Position numbers and translations under genes: made by a program. The notes under the pieces were generated by a model. The model was not told the origin of the DNA, did not search any database, and worked only from the letters and a program-made list of their open reading frames with translations. Below, one piece after another: positions 1-9,041 of a stretch of DNA of 64,000 bases (the first letter of the stretch is position 1; every line of letters starts with the position of its first letter). The DNA lies in assembly GCA_003221615.1 (NCBI GenBank), contig QHSQ01000108.1:9678-73677 (forward strand), in the 5' to 3' direction. The DNA is from Candidatus Rokuibacteriota bacterium. Lineage in GTDB: Bacteria; Methylomirabilota; Methylomirabilia; Rokubacteriales; CSP1-6.

Positions 1-763
1 CGCCCTCTTTGCGGACGTGCTGGCCCCCCAGAGCCCGATCGTCAGCGACCAGACCCACACGTTCGAGCGTCCGGGCTGGGACTATCCCCTCGGGACCGAT
101 CAGCTCGGGCGCGATATGCTCAGTCGCGTGATTCACGGCAGTCGCATCTCGCTGGCGGTCGGCGTCTCGTCGGTGCTGCTGGCGCTCTTCGTCGGCGTCC
201 CGTTCGGGATGATCGCCGGGTACTACGGTGGCCGCGCCGACTCGATCATCATGCGCGCGATGGATTTGATCCTCGCGTTCCCGATCTACCTGCTCGCGAT
301 CATCCTCATGGTCATCTTCGCGCCGACGGCGGGAATCATCGGCACGATGAAGGTCACCGGCGCGATCGCCATCGTGCGGATTCCGATCTACGCGCGCCTG
401 GTGCGCGGCAGCGTCCTGTCCATCAAGGAGAAGGAATATATCGAGGCGTGCCGCGCCGTCGGCGTGCGCGATCCGTGGATCTTGCTGCGCCACGTCCTGC
501 CGAACTGCCTGGCGCCGATCATCGTGACGACCACGCTCGGCATCGCGACGTCGATCATCGTGGAGGCCACCCTGTCGTTCCTGGGGCTCGGCACGCAGCC
601 GCCGACACCGAGCTGGGGTTGGGACCTGAAGGCCAACGTGGCGTTCATCCAGTCCAACCCCTGGATCTCGCTGTTTCCGGGCATCGCCATCTTCGTGACC
701 GTGCTCGGCTTCAACCTCTTCGGCGACGGCCTGCGCGACGCGCTCGACCCGAGGCTCAAATAG
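1..763 (+). CDS. ABC transporter permease, peptide/nickel DppC/OppC type (5' end outside window)
   Basis: The frame is open from the window edge (listed ORF 17..763). The product is a multi-TM protein with the binding-protein-dependent permease core (...EKEYIEACRAVGVRDPWILLRHVLPNCLAPIIV...). Stop TAG at 761-763. Confidence 0.9.
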   Translation, partial: ALFADVLAPQSPIVSDQTHTFERPGWDYPLGTDQLGRDMLSRVIHGSRISLAVGVSSVLLALFVGVPFGMIAGYYGGRADSIIMRAMDLILAFPIYLLAIILMVIFAPTAGIIGTMKVTGAIAIVRIPIYARLVRGSVLSIKEKEYIEACRAVGVRDPWILLRHVLPNCLAPIIVTTTLGIATSIIVEATLSFLGLGTQPPTPSWGWDLKANVAFIQSNPWISLFPGIAIFVTVLGFNLFGDGLRDALDPRLK

Positions 764-769
764 GATGTC

Positions 770-1126
770 GTGAGCGCTCGATCGTCCGTCGCCTTGGGAG
801 TCGTGCTCATCCTCGCGTACGGTTCGGGCTCGCCCTCCGCGCAGATGACACCGCAACCGAGGCCTGAACAAAGGCCCGAGCACAGGCCGCCCTCCCCGCG
901 ACCTCCGTCCCCCGAGACCCTGCCGCCCCCGCCGGGCGCGAACATCTGCACGACACCGTGGGGCTGGTGCCAGCTGCCGACCATCACGGCGCCGTTCGGC
1001 GTGGGCTGCGCGTGCCTCGCCGGGGACAACCGGGAAGTCCCGGGTACGACGCGCTACTTCCCGTACTACGGGCCGGCGAGCCCGTACCTGCAACCGCACA
1101 CGACGACGCCCGAAACCATTCGCTGA
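770..1126 (+). CDS. Small secreted Pro-rich, 4-Cys hypothetical protein
   Basis: GTG start 7 nt after the permease stop. Hydrophobic signal-like N-terminus (VALGVVLILAYGSGSPSAQ), then a Pro-rich linker and a Cys motif ICTTPWGWCQLP...GVGCACL. No family recognised. Confidence 0.4.
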   Translation: MSARSSVALGVVLILAYGSGSPSAQMTPQPRPEQRPEHRPPSPRPPSPETLPPPPGANICTTPWGWCQLPTITAPFGVGCACLAGDNREVPGTTRYFPYYGPASPYLQPHTTTPETIR

Positions 1127-1215
1127 CGATTCTGCAGTGCCGCACGCCCGGCGGGCGGCCTCGGCGCGTTGACAGCGTTGGCGCCTTCCGCCATAGTCGT
1201 GCCCCCGTGCCGTTC

Positions 1216-3330
1216 ATGAATCTGGGGCCCTTGATGAAGCCGGCGAGCATCGCCGTCGTCGGCGCCTCGCAACGGATGACCCGCGCGACCCGGGTCGTCG
1301 CCAACCTGCAGCGTTTCGGCTACAGCGGCCGGATCTTTCCGATCAATCCGAAGTACACCGACGTCCTCGGCCTGCCCTGCTATCCCGACCTCGGCTCGAC
1401 GCCCGAGCCCGCGGACACGGTCGTCGTGGCGATTCCGGCCGAGCAGGTACCGGGCGTGCTCAGAGCCGCCGTCGAGAGCGGCGTGCGCGGGGCCGTCGTG
1501 CTTTCGAGCGGGTTCGCCGAGGCAGGGCCAGCGGGCCAGAAGCGTCAGGCCGAGCTCGAGCGCCTCGCCGCGGATCGTGGGCTCCTCATCTGCGGGCCGA
1601 ATTGCTACGGCGTGTTCAACATCCGGCTTGGCGCCGCCACCTTCAGCGCCGACCTCGCCGAGCCGCTGCGGCCGGGAGCCGTCGGGCTCGTGTCCCAGAG
1701 CGGCGGCTTCAGTCACGCGATCGGCGAGTACCTGATGCAGCAGCGCGCGGTCGGTCTCAGCTACATCGTGTCGTGCGGCAACCAGGCGGGCGTCACGGTC
1801 GAGGACTACATCGCGTTCCTGGTCGAGGACGACGAGACCGCGGTGGTCGGCGCGTTCGTGGAAGGGTTCAAGAAGCCCGGGACGTTGCGGCAGGCCGCGG
1901 CGCGCGCGCGGGCGCTCGCCAAGCCCATCGTGGTCCTCAAGGTCGGCCGGTCCGAGAACGCGCGCCAGGCGATGCTCGCGCACACCGGATCCCTGGCCGG
2001 TACCCCGGAGATCATCGAGGCCGTGCTCCGGCAGAGCGGCATCGTGCAGGTCTCGAGCATCAACGAGATGATCGACACGCTCACCCTGCTGGCGGCCGCG
2101 CGGCGTCACGCGCCGCGGGCCTGGAAGGTCGGAATCGTGAGCGGCCTCGGCGGCGAGTGCGGCCGGGCCGCCGACGCCGCAGATCGCGCCGGCGTCGAGC
2201 TGCCGTCCCTTTCAGCGGCCTCGCTCGAGACCATGAAAGGCTTCATGCCCGACTTCGCGAACCCGAGGAATCCGCTCGACGGCACCGGCGCGATGTACGA
2301 GGACGCGAGCCTGTTCCCTCAGCTCTTCGACGTCATGCTGCGCGACGAGGCCGTCGACGTGGTCGCGGTGAACCTGCGCGTCAACGTGCCTCGTCCGGGC
2401 GGCGGCGCGCCGTCACGTTCGTTCAGCCGCGCGATGATCGAGGCACTCCCGAAGAATCCCGGCCGGCTCGTGCTCGCCTTCAGCTCGTTCGCGGGCGGCG
2501 ACCTCGACCAGGAGGTCATCCGCGCCCTCGCCGACGCCGGCGTCCCCTTCCTCGAGAGCACGGAGACGGCGATGCTGGCGCTGCGCAACGCGCGCGAGCA
2601 TCGGCGCTTCCTGGACCGGCCCGTGGGCGCGCCCGCGGCCGGGCCATCGCCGAGAGCGCGCGCCGCCGCGAGCGGCACGCTCCGCAGCGCGGAAGCGATG
2701 CAGCTCCTGCGCGAGTTCGGCGTGCCGCTGGTCGAGACGATCGCCGTGAAGGACGCCGCGGCCGCGGTGATCGCCGCCGACCGACTCGGATACCCGGTGG
2801 TGCTCAAGATCGACTCCCCTGACGTCGCGCACAAGACCGACGTCGGCGGAGTGCGCGTCGGCTGCCGTGACGCCGGCGCGGTGCGCGCCGCCTTCAGAGA
2901 GATGCTCGTCGAGGTCGGTCGGCGAGCGCCGGCGGCCCGGCTCGACGGCGCGCTGGTCCAGCGCATGATCGCCGGAGGGCGCCAGATGATCCTCGGCGTC
3001 AAGACCGACCCGCTCTTCGGCCCGGCGGTGCTGTGCGGCTTCGGCGGCATCTTCGTCGAGCAGCTGCGCGACGTGTCCCTGCGCGTGCCGCCGATCGGTC
3101 CCGCCGACGCGGCGGCGATGATCGCCGAGCTCCGCGGCGCGGCGATCCTGTCGGGCGCGCGCGGCCGCGCACCCGCCGACACGGCCGCGCTGGCCGAGGC
3201 GATCGTTCGGGTGGCGGCGCTGGCCGAGGCGCACCGGCAGTCGCTCCGCGCTCTCGACATCAACCCGCTCCTCGTGCTCGACGACGGGCACGGCGTCGTG
3301 GCGGTGGACTGGCTGATCGAGCTCGCGTGA
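1216..3330 (+). CDS. Acetate--CoA ligase family protein (ADP-forming acyl-CoA synthetase: CoA-binding + ATP-grasp)
   Basis: ORF 958..3330. The first 86 codons are Arg/Pro-rich read-through overlapping the previous ORF, so the start is set at ATG 1216 (MNLGPLMKPASIAVVGAS, a typical CoA-binding start). The C-terminal ATP-grasp region contains ...GYPVVLKIDSPDVAHKTDVGGV.... Exact start uncertain. Confidence 0.85.
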   Translation: MNLGPLMKPASIAVVGASQRMTRATRVVANLQRFGYSGRIFPINPKYTDVLGLPCYPDLGSTPEPADTVVVAIPAEQVPGVLRAAVESGVRGAVVLSSGFAEAGPAGQKRQAELERLAADRGLLICGPNCYGVFNIRLGAATFSADLAEPLRPGAVGLVSQSGGFSHAIGEYLMQQRAVGLSYIVSCGNQAGVTVEDYIAFLVEDDETAVVGAFVEGFKKPGTLRQAAARARALAKPIVVLKVGRSENARQAMLAHTGSLAGTPEIIEAVLRQSGIVQVSSINEMIDTLTLLAAARRHAPRAWKVGIVSGLGGECGRAADAADRAGVELPSLSAASLETMKGFMPDFANPRNPLDGTGAMYEDASLFPQLFDVMLRDEAVDVVAVNLRVNVPRPGGGAPSRSFSRAMIEALPKNPGRLVLAFSSFAGGDLDQEVIRALADAGVPFLESTETAMLALRNAREHRRFLDRPVGAPAAGPSPRARAAASGTLRSAEAMQLLREFGVPLVETIAVKDAAAAVIAADRLGYPVVLKIDSPDVAHKTDVGGVRVGCRDAGAVRAAFREMLVEVGRRAPAARLDGALVQRMIAGGRQMILGVKTDPLFGPAVLCGFGGIFVEQLRDVSLRVPPIGPADAAAMIAELRGAAILSGARGRAPADTAALAEAIVRVAALAEAHRQSLRALDINPLLVLDDGHGVVAVDWLIELA

Positions 3331-3348
3331 AACCCTGGAGGTGACGAG

Positions 3349-4218
3349 ATGGCCTACGAGACGATCGTGTACGAGAAGAGGGGACCGGTGGTCACGCTCA
3401 CGCTCAACCGGCCCGACACCATCAACGCCATCAACCCACAGATGACCGCGGAGCTCCACGGCGCCCTGGACGAGGCCGACGCCGACGCGGAGGTCAGGGC
3501 GATCGTCCTGACCGGCGCCGGACGCGGGTTCTCGGCGGGTTTCGACATCGCGCGCCGACCCGACGGCCGCTCGTCGCTCGACGCCACCGGGGTCGAGGTC
3601 GCCGAGTACATCAAGCGCTGGTGGGGACGCGATCGCGACTCGGCGATGGAGCTCATGCACCTCTGGCACCTCACCAAGCCGGTGATCGCCGCGGTGCACG
3701 GCTGGGTGATGGGCGGCGGATTCTGGTATGCGCTCGCCGCCGACATCACGATCGCCGCCGACAACAGCGTGTTCGCCCAGCCCGAGGTCCGTCACGTCTC
3801 GAACACGACGTTCCTGTTCGCTGCCCTGGCCGGGTGGAAAGCGGCCCATCGGTACTCGCTGACCGGCGACCATTTCGATGCCGCCGAGGCCCTGCGCCTG
3901 GGCATCGTCAACGAGGTCGTGCCGGCGGCCGAGCTCCTGGCGCGCGCGCGAGCCCTCGCCGAGCGGATCGCCAAGGTGCCCGAGCCCTCCGTGCGGCTCA
4001 ACAAAGCGGTCACCTGCTACGGCTTGCTCGCGATGGGCCTGGGCGCCGGGATGCTGATGAACATCCCGTTCTCGAGCATGGCGCACGCCTCGTACAACGC
4101 CCAGCGGGCCGAGCTGATCGCGGCCATGCAGTCGGGGGGCCTGAAGGCATTTCTGGAGGCCCGGGACGGCGGGTTCCGGCCGGAGCCCTTCGGGCCAAGA
4201 TCGGCCCCGAAGTCCTGA
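3349..4218 (+). CDS. Enoyl-CoA hydratase/isomerase (crotonase) family protein
   Basis: GGAGG Shine-Dalgarno (SD) sequence 7 nt upstream of the ATG. Crotonase hallmarks: ...VVTLTLNRPDTINAIN..., ...IVLTGAGRGFSAGFDI..., ...KPVIAAVHGWVMGGG.... Confidence 0.9.
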   Translation: MAYETIVYEKRGPVVTLTLNRPDTINAINPQMTAELHGALDEADADAEVRAIVLTGAGRGFSAGFDIARRPDGRSSLDATGVEVAEYIKRWWGRDRDSAMELMHLWHLTKPVIAAVHGWVMGGGFWYALAADITIAADNSVFAQPEVRHVSNTTFLFAALAGWKAAHRYSLTGDHFDAAEALRLGIVNEVVPAAELLARARALAERIAKVPEPSVRLNKAVTCYGLLAMGLGAGMLMNIPFSSMAHASYNAQRAELIAAMQSGGLKAFLEARDGGFRPEPFGPRSAPKS

Positions 4219-4347
4219 TGTGATAGCCTTCCAACGAAGCTAGGAGGGCCCTCATGGAGGACACGACGTCCAGGTCGCTCGAAGAGTAGGATCGCGGACA
4301 GCACTCGTGGCGTCGGCTCTGACCTGCGCCCTGCTCGACGCGTTCGC

Positions 4348-5295
4348 GTGAGCCACGCCGTGCCCCCGTCCGTCTCGGTCGGCATCCACGTGCCGAGCGC
4401 CTCGGTCGCGCCGCTGGATTCCGGTGAAGCTTACGCGGAGTTTTTCCGTCAGGTCGAGGCGCTCGGGCTCGACGCGGTGTGGACCGAGGATCGGATCTTC
4501 CACGACGCGAACATGCTCGACCCGCTCATGCTCCTGGCCTCGGCGGCGGCGTGCACGCGTCGCATCGAACTGGGCACCGCGGTCCTCGTCGTCACCTTGC
4601 GCGCGGCCGCCGTCGTCGCCCGCCAGGTGTCGACGCTCCACCATCTCTCGGGTGGACGAGTGGCTCTGGGCGTTTCGCTCGGCGGTCGGCCGGAAGAGTA
4701 CGCGGCCGTCGCGGTGCCGATGAACCGTCGTGTCACGGTATTTCGGGAGAGCGTGACGGTGATCCGGCGGCTGCTCGCCGGCGAGCCGGTCGACTACCAG
4801 GGCCAGTTCTTCCGTCTCGAGAAGGCGACCGTCCGCCCGGCCGCGCGCGTTTCGCTCTATGTCGGCGGCCATGCCGAGGGCCCGCTGCGCCGCGCCGGCG
4901 AGCTGGCCGACGGCTGGATCATGAGCCCGTTCGGCGCCGTGCGCGACTTCCCGCGCCTCTGGCGCGCCGTGCGGGACGCCGCGCACGCGGCCGGCCGGAA
5001 TCCCGACGCGCTCGTCGCCGGCCGTCTACTCTACGTCGCCGTCGACGACGATCGCAACCGCGCGCGCGACGCGCTCCGCGGTTTCCTGCACGGCTACTAC
5101 GGCGCGCGCTTCGACGTCGATCAGCACGCCATCTTCGGACCGCCACGCGAAGTCGCCGCGCGGCTCATCGAGCACGTCGAGGCTGGCATGACGAAGCTCA
5201 TGCTGGGCGTACCGAGCCTCGATCTGGCTCACCTCCGCCGCCTGGCGACGGAGGTCGCGCCGGCCGTGCGCGCCCACTCGGCCGCTGCGCGATGA
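4348..5295 (+). CDS. LLM-class (luciferase-like) flavin/F420-dependent oxidoreductase
   Basis: TIM-barrel LLM pattern (...LGLDAVWTEDRIFH..., ...RIELGTAVLV..., ...GGRVALGVSLGGRPEEY...). GTG start; an alternative GTG lies 9 nt downstream. Confidence 0.85.
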   Translation: MSHAVPPSVSVGIHVPSASVAPLDSGEAYAEFFRQVEALGLDAVWTEDRIFHDANMLDPLMLLASAAACTRRIELGTAVLVVTLRAAAVVARQVSTLHHLSGGRVALGVSLGGRPEEYAAVAVPMNRRVTVFRESVTVIRRLLAGEPVDYQGQFFRLEKATVRPAARVSLYVGGHAEGPLRRAGELADGWIMSPFGAVRDFPRLWRAVRDAAHAAGRNPDALVAGRLLYVAVDDDRNRARDALRGFLHGYYGARFDVDQHAIFGPPREVAARLIEHVEAGMTKLMLGVPSLDLAHLRRLATEVAPAVRAHSAAAR

Positions 5296-7598
5296 GCATG
5301 CCGCGAACGCCGGCGGCCCGCGAAAGTGGAGCCCTGCTCGCGCGCTGGGGTCGGCTCGTGTACCGCGCCCGCTGGACCGTACTGGCGCTGTCGGTGCTTA
5401 CGCTGTGTGCGTCGTTGTGGCTGATCCACGTGGGCGGCCCGCTGGATCCACCCGACATCCCGGCCGAGACCGAATCCGGACGGGCGCGACGGCTGCTCGA
5501 GAAGGAGCTACCGGGGCAGCCGCCGTCGTTCAGCTTGATCTTCAGCAGCCGGACACGGCAGGTGTCCGACCCGGCCTTCCGCGAGGAGGTCGAGCGCGCG
5601 CTGGCGCCGCTCCGTCGCGACCCGCGAGTCGCGCGCGTGCGTACCGCATACGACCCGCCCGGGCCCGGGCCGACGGCGGTTCCTCTCGTCTCGCGGGACG
5701 GACGAGGCACGCTCGTCACGGTGGAGCTGCGCGGAACCGCCGCCGGCTTTGCCTCGCTCGAGTTCTCCGGCCTTCCGCCCGACCTGTACCCGGCGCTGCG
5801 GGGGCTGGTCCACTCCGAGACCCTGGACGTCGCGTCGGTCGGCAACGTCGCGCTCAACCACGACTTCACCGAAGTCGCTCGGAAGGACCTGGGCCGGGTC
5901 GAGATGCTGATCCTTCCCGCGGTCGCGAGTCTGTTGCTGCTCGTCTTCGGCTCGGTCGTCGCGGCCGCGCTCCCGCTGGCGGTCGGCGCCCTGGCCATGA
6001 CCGGCGCGATGGCAGTCACGCTCCTCCTGGCCCGCTTCGTGTCGGTTTCGATCTACGCGCCGAACATCGTCAGCATGATCGGGCTCGGCGTCGCCATCGA
6101 CTATTCGCTCTTCGTCGTGAGCCGCTTCCGTGAAGAGATCCGCGAGCGGCCACCGGTCGAGGCGCTGGCCCGGACCGTCGCCACCGCGGGCCGCGCGGTC
6201 TTGTTCTCGGGTCTCACCGTGGCGATCGGCCTGCTCGGCATGCTGTTTCTGGGCCTCGGCAATCTCGGCTCGATGGGCTGGGCCGGTACGAGTGTCGTCA
6301 CCCTGGCCGTCGTGTACGGCCTCACGACCGTGCCGGCGCTCCTGGCGGTGCTGGGCCCGCGCGTGAACGCGCTGCGCGTGCCGTTCCTCCACAGCGAGCG
6401 CGGCGGGGGGCTCTGGCATCGGCTGGCCGTGACGGTGATGGCCCATCCCTGGCGGGTCTTCGTACCCGTGGTGTGCGTGCTGCTCCTCTTCGGGCTGCCC
6501 TTCCTCCACCTGCGCGTCGGCTCGGGTGATGCGACCTCGCTGCCGCCCGAGGCAGAGTCGCGCCGCGGGGACGAACTGCTACGGCGTGAGTTTCCCGGCG
6601 GCGAAGCCAACCGTATCGTGGTCGTGCTCGACGCCGGCCACGCCTCGCCGCTCGAAGCCGGGCGAGTCACCCAGACCTACGCATTCAGCCGCTGGCTGGC
6701 GGGTCGTCCGCACGTCCAGCGTGTCGACAGTTTCGTCGACCTCGATCCTTCGCTCGATCTTGCGACGTACCTGCAGATGGCCGCGCTGCCACCGACCCAG
6801 CGGCCGCCCGAGCTGGTCGAGGCGCTCCGGCACACCCTGGGCGACCACGCCGCCATGCTGGTCGCGACCACGAATCTGCGTACGGCCAGCGACGAGGCCC
6901 GGGCGCTCGTCCGCGACATCCGGAAGGCGCATCCGCCCTACGACGGTGAGGTGCTGGTGACCGGGCAGACCGCCTTCGATCTCGACTTCATCGGGCTCGT
7001 GATCCGCCACGCGCCGTTCGCGATCGGCCTCGTGGTCGTCGTCACCTACGTCGTGCTGTTCTTGCTCCTCGACTCCGTGCTGCTTCCGCTCAAGGCGATC
7101 ATCATGAACCTGCTGTCGATCACCGCTTCCTACGGAGCGCTCGTGTGGATCTTCCAGGACGGCCACCTGGCGACCTGGCTCGACTTCACGCCGGGGCCGA
7201 TCCAGACGGCCACGCCGCTCATCATGTTCTGCCTGGTCTTCGGCCTCTCGATGGACTACGAGGTCCTGCTGCTGAGCCGCATACGCGAGGAGTACGAACG
7301 AAGCGGCGACAATGCGGGCGCCGTGGTGGTGGGCCTGGAGCGCACGGGACGACTGATCACCGGTGCCGCCGCGATCATGGCGGCCGTCTTCTTCGGCTTC
7401 GGGCTGGCGCGGTCCGTGGTCATTCAAGCGGTCGGCGTCGGGATCGGCGTCGCGGTCGTCGTCGACGCGACGATCGTCCGCGCGCTCCTGGTACCGGCCA
7501 CGATGCGCTTGCTCGGCCGGTGGAACTGGTGGCGGCCGGCCTGGCTCGTCCTGCGTCCCCGGCGCCGCTCGAGCGGTGTCGTCGCGGACCGAAGCTGA
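5292..7598 (+). CDS. MMPL family (RND-superfamily) membrane transporter
   Basis: ATG 5292 overlaps the stop of the LLM gene (ATGA). Two TM bundles each follow a large soluble domain, with duplicated motifs IDYSLFVVSRFREE and MDYEVLLLSRIREE. The N-terminal 271 codons of listed ORF 4479..7598 are out-of-frame read-through of the LLM gene. Confidence 0.85.
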   Translation: MSMPRTPAARESGALLARWGRLVYRARWTVLALSVLTLCASLWLIHVGGPLDPPDIPAETESGRARRLLEKELPGQPPSFSLIFSSRTRQVSDPAFREEVERALAPLRRDPRVARVRTAYDPPGPGPTAVPLVSRDGRGTLVTVELRGTAAGFASLEFSGLPPDLYPALRGLVHSETLDVASVGNVALNHDFTEVARKDLGRVEMLILPAVASLLLLVFGSVVAAALPLAVGALAMTGAMAVTLLLARFVSVSIYAPNIVSMIGLGVAIDYSLFVVSRFREEIRERPPVEALARTVATAGRAVLFSGLTVAIGLLGMLFLGLGNLGSMGWAGTSVVTLAVVYGLTTVPALLAVLGPRVNALRVPFLHSERGGGLWHRLAVTVMAHPWRVFVPVVCVLLLFGLPFLHLRVGSGDATSLPPEAESRRGDELLRREFPGGEANRIVVVLDAGHASPLEAGRVTQTYAFSRWLAGRPHVQRVDSFVDLDPSLDLATYLQMAALPPTQRPPELVEALRHTLGDHAAMLVATTNLRTASDEARALVRDIRKAHPPYDGEVLVTGQTAFDLDFIGLVIRHAPFAIGLVVVVTYVVLFLLLDSVLLPLKAIIMNLLSITASYGALVWIFQDGHLATWLDFTPGPIQTATPLIMFCLVFGLSMDYEVLLLSRIREEYERSGDNAGAVVVGLERTGRLITGAAAIMAAVFFGFGLARSVVIQAVGVGIGVAVVVDATIVRALLVPATMRLLGRWNWWRPAWLVLRPRRRSSGVVADRS

Positions 7599-7735
7599 GC
7601 GGTCGGCAGGCGCGCCGAGCTCGCGCTGGCAATTTGACCTGCCGTGTCGGATACTCGGCGCGACGAACGCGTCGCGATCGACTTCACGCGGCGCGCGGGC
7701 GCGCTCGTACCCCGCCTCGGGCGCTGCGGGCTGTC

Positions 7736-7752
7736 GCGGGGCCGGGCCCCGC
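7736..7752. repeat. GC hairpin GCGGGGC-CGG-GCCCCGC (REP-like; second copy at 35231..35248)
   Basis: Perfect 7-bp stem read directly from the sequence. The flanks GTC...CGGC are shared with the copy at 35228..35252. It lies 140 nt downstream of the MMPL stop. Confidence 0.35.
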
Positions 7753-7789
7753 CGGCCAGAGGCGTGTCAATCAATCCACGGAGGATGCG

Positions 7790-8293
7790 ATGGCAATCAA
7801 GGCTGGCGATCGGCTTCCCGACGGCACCCTGACAGAGATGATCGATACCGAGCGGCCGGGCTGCACGGTCGGCCCGAACGCCTTCTCGGTCGGCGAGATC
7901 ACCAAGGGCAAGAAGATCGCGATCTTCGGGCTGCCGGGCGCCTTCACCCCCACGTGCTCGGCCAAGCACGTCCCGAGCTACGTGCAGAACTTCGACAAGC
8001 TCCGGGCCAAGGGTGTCGATGAGGTCTGGTGCGTCGCCGTCAACGACGCCTTCGTGATGGGCGCCTGGGGCCGAGACCAGAAGGCCGGGGGCAAGGTCCG
8101 GATGATGGCCGACGGTAGCGCCATCTTCACCAAGGCGCTCGGGCTCGACATGGACCTGACCGCGCGCGGCATGGGCGTGCGCTCCCAGCGCTACTCGATG
8201 CTGGTGGACAACGGCGTCGTCAAGGCCGTCAATGTCGAGCAGCCCGGCAAGTTCGAGGTCAGCGACGCGGACACGATGCTGAAGTCGCTCTGA
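7790..8293 (+). CDS. Peroxiredoxin, Prx5 subfamily
   Basis: GGAGGA SD at 7780-7785, then ATG 7790. Motif IFGLPGAFTPTCSAKHVP, and the C-terminal fold is typical of the Prx5/AhpC-TSA family. Confidence 0.9.
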   Translation: MAIKAGDRLPDGTLTEMIDTERPGCTVGPNAFSVGEITKGKKIAIFGLPGAFTPTCSAKHVPSYVQNFDKLRAKGVDEVWCVAVNDAFVMGAWGRDQKAGGKVRMMADGSAIFTKALGLDMDLTARGMGVRSQRYSMLVDNGVVKAVNVEQPGKFEVSDADTMLKSL

Positions 8294-8310
8294 TCTTCGA
8301 AGCCCAACCC

Positions 8311-8784
8311 ATGGCGGCGATTGCCGAAGGCACGAAGGCCCCCAGCTTCACCCTCGAGGACGGCGCGGGCAAGCGCGTCTCGCTCGGGGACTTCAAGGGC
8401 AAGAACGTCGTCGTCTATTTCTACCCAAAAGACGACACGCCGGGCTGCACCAAGGAGGCCTGCGGGTTCCGCGACCTCTGGAAGGAGCTGCAGCGGGCCG
8501 GCGTGGTCGTCCTCGGCGTCTCCGCCGACGACGCCGAGTCGCACACGAAGTTCGCGAGCAAGTACAAGCTCCCCTTTCCGCTGCTCTCCGATCCGGATCG
8601 AAAGCTGATGCAGGCGTGGGGCGCGTACGGGGACAAGATGATGTACGGCAAGAAGACCAAGGGCGTGATCCGGTCGACCGTGTGGATCGGGCCCGACGGA
8701 GTCGTGCGCAAGCACTGGGCGCGAGTCCCCGACGCCGCCAAGCACCCCGCCGCCGTCCTCGAGGCGATCCGCGGCGGCGACTAG
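8311..8784 (+). CDS. bcp: Thioredoxin-dependent thiol peroxidase (Bcp/PrxQ)
   Basis: Motif VVVYFYPKDDTPGCTKEACGFRD plus ...VLGVSADDAESHTKFASKYKLPFPLLSD..., characteristic of Bcp. Confidence 0.9.
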   Translation: MAAIAEGTKAPSFTLEDGAGKRVSLGDFKGKNVVVYFYPKDDTPGCTKEACGFRDLWKELQRAGVVVLGVSADDAESHTKFASKYKLPFPLLSDPDRKLMQAWGAYGDKMMYGKKTKGVIRSTVWIGPDGVVRKHWARVPDAAKHPAAVLEAIRGGD

Positions 8785-8805
8785 GCTCGACAGGAGATTC
8801 CCGCG

Positions 8806-8998
8806 ATGGCCTACGATCTCGTGATCAAGAACGGCATGCTGATCGACGGCTCGGGGCTGCCTCGCTACCGCGCGGCTCGTGCAGCGCGCGCGGGATCGCG
8901 GCGACGGTCGTGAACGGCGAGGTCCTGCTCCGCGACGGCAAGCACACGGGGCCCTGCCGGGTCAGCTCCTGCGTGGACCGCTCGCGCGACAGCGGTAG
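8806..8998 (+). pseudogene. Remnant of an N-acyl-D-amino-acid deacylase (D-aminoacylase) gene with the central ~500 codons deleted
   Basis: SD CAGGAGA plus ATG 8806 encodes MAYDLVIKNGMLIDGSGLPRYRA. This matches the N-terminus of the intact paralog at 55430..57154 (MGLDLLIRNGTVVDGSGAARFRG). It is joined out of frame to GIAATVVNGEVLLRDGKHTG, and after a further 1-nt shift to ALPGQLLRGPLARQR-stop. These match the paralog C-terminus (EGIAATVVNGQVTLENGETTGRTPGVVLRGPGARPA). Confidence 0.6.
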
Positions 8999-9041
8999 GC
9001 ATCGGGCTGCGCGCCGGCGTGGAGAGTGGGACAATCGAGTC

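Noticed and set aside
958-1215. N-terminal extensions of listed ORFs. Examples: 958..1215, 4479..5291, 7145..7789, 10134..10388, 15739..16233, 27930..29153 in the MCP frame, 29698..30129, 30057..30167, 43491..43898, 48399..48650.
   Set aside because: The extensions are Arg/Pro-rich, overlap the preceding gene, and are followed by an internal start. That start has an SD sequence, a 4-nt overlap with the upstream stop, or a family-typical N-terminus or signal peptide.
2413-4086. Very long ORFs antisense to or out of frame with confident genes. Examples: 2413..4086(-), 1066..2109(-), 16210..17634(-), 23029..25323(+), 33355..35457(-), 39118..41415(+), 55335..56948(-), 55766..57253(+), 62122..63603(-).
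   Set aside because: Their products are Arg/Gly/Pro/Ala-rich low-complexity translations with no recognisable domains, as expected from stop-codon paucity in very GC-rich DNA. Each overlaps a gene with clear family signatures on the other strand or in another frame.
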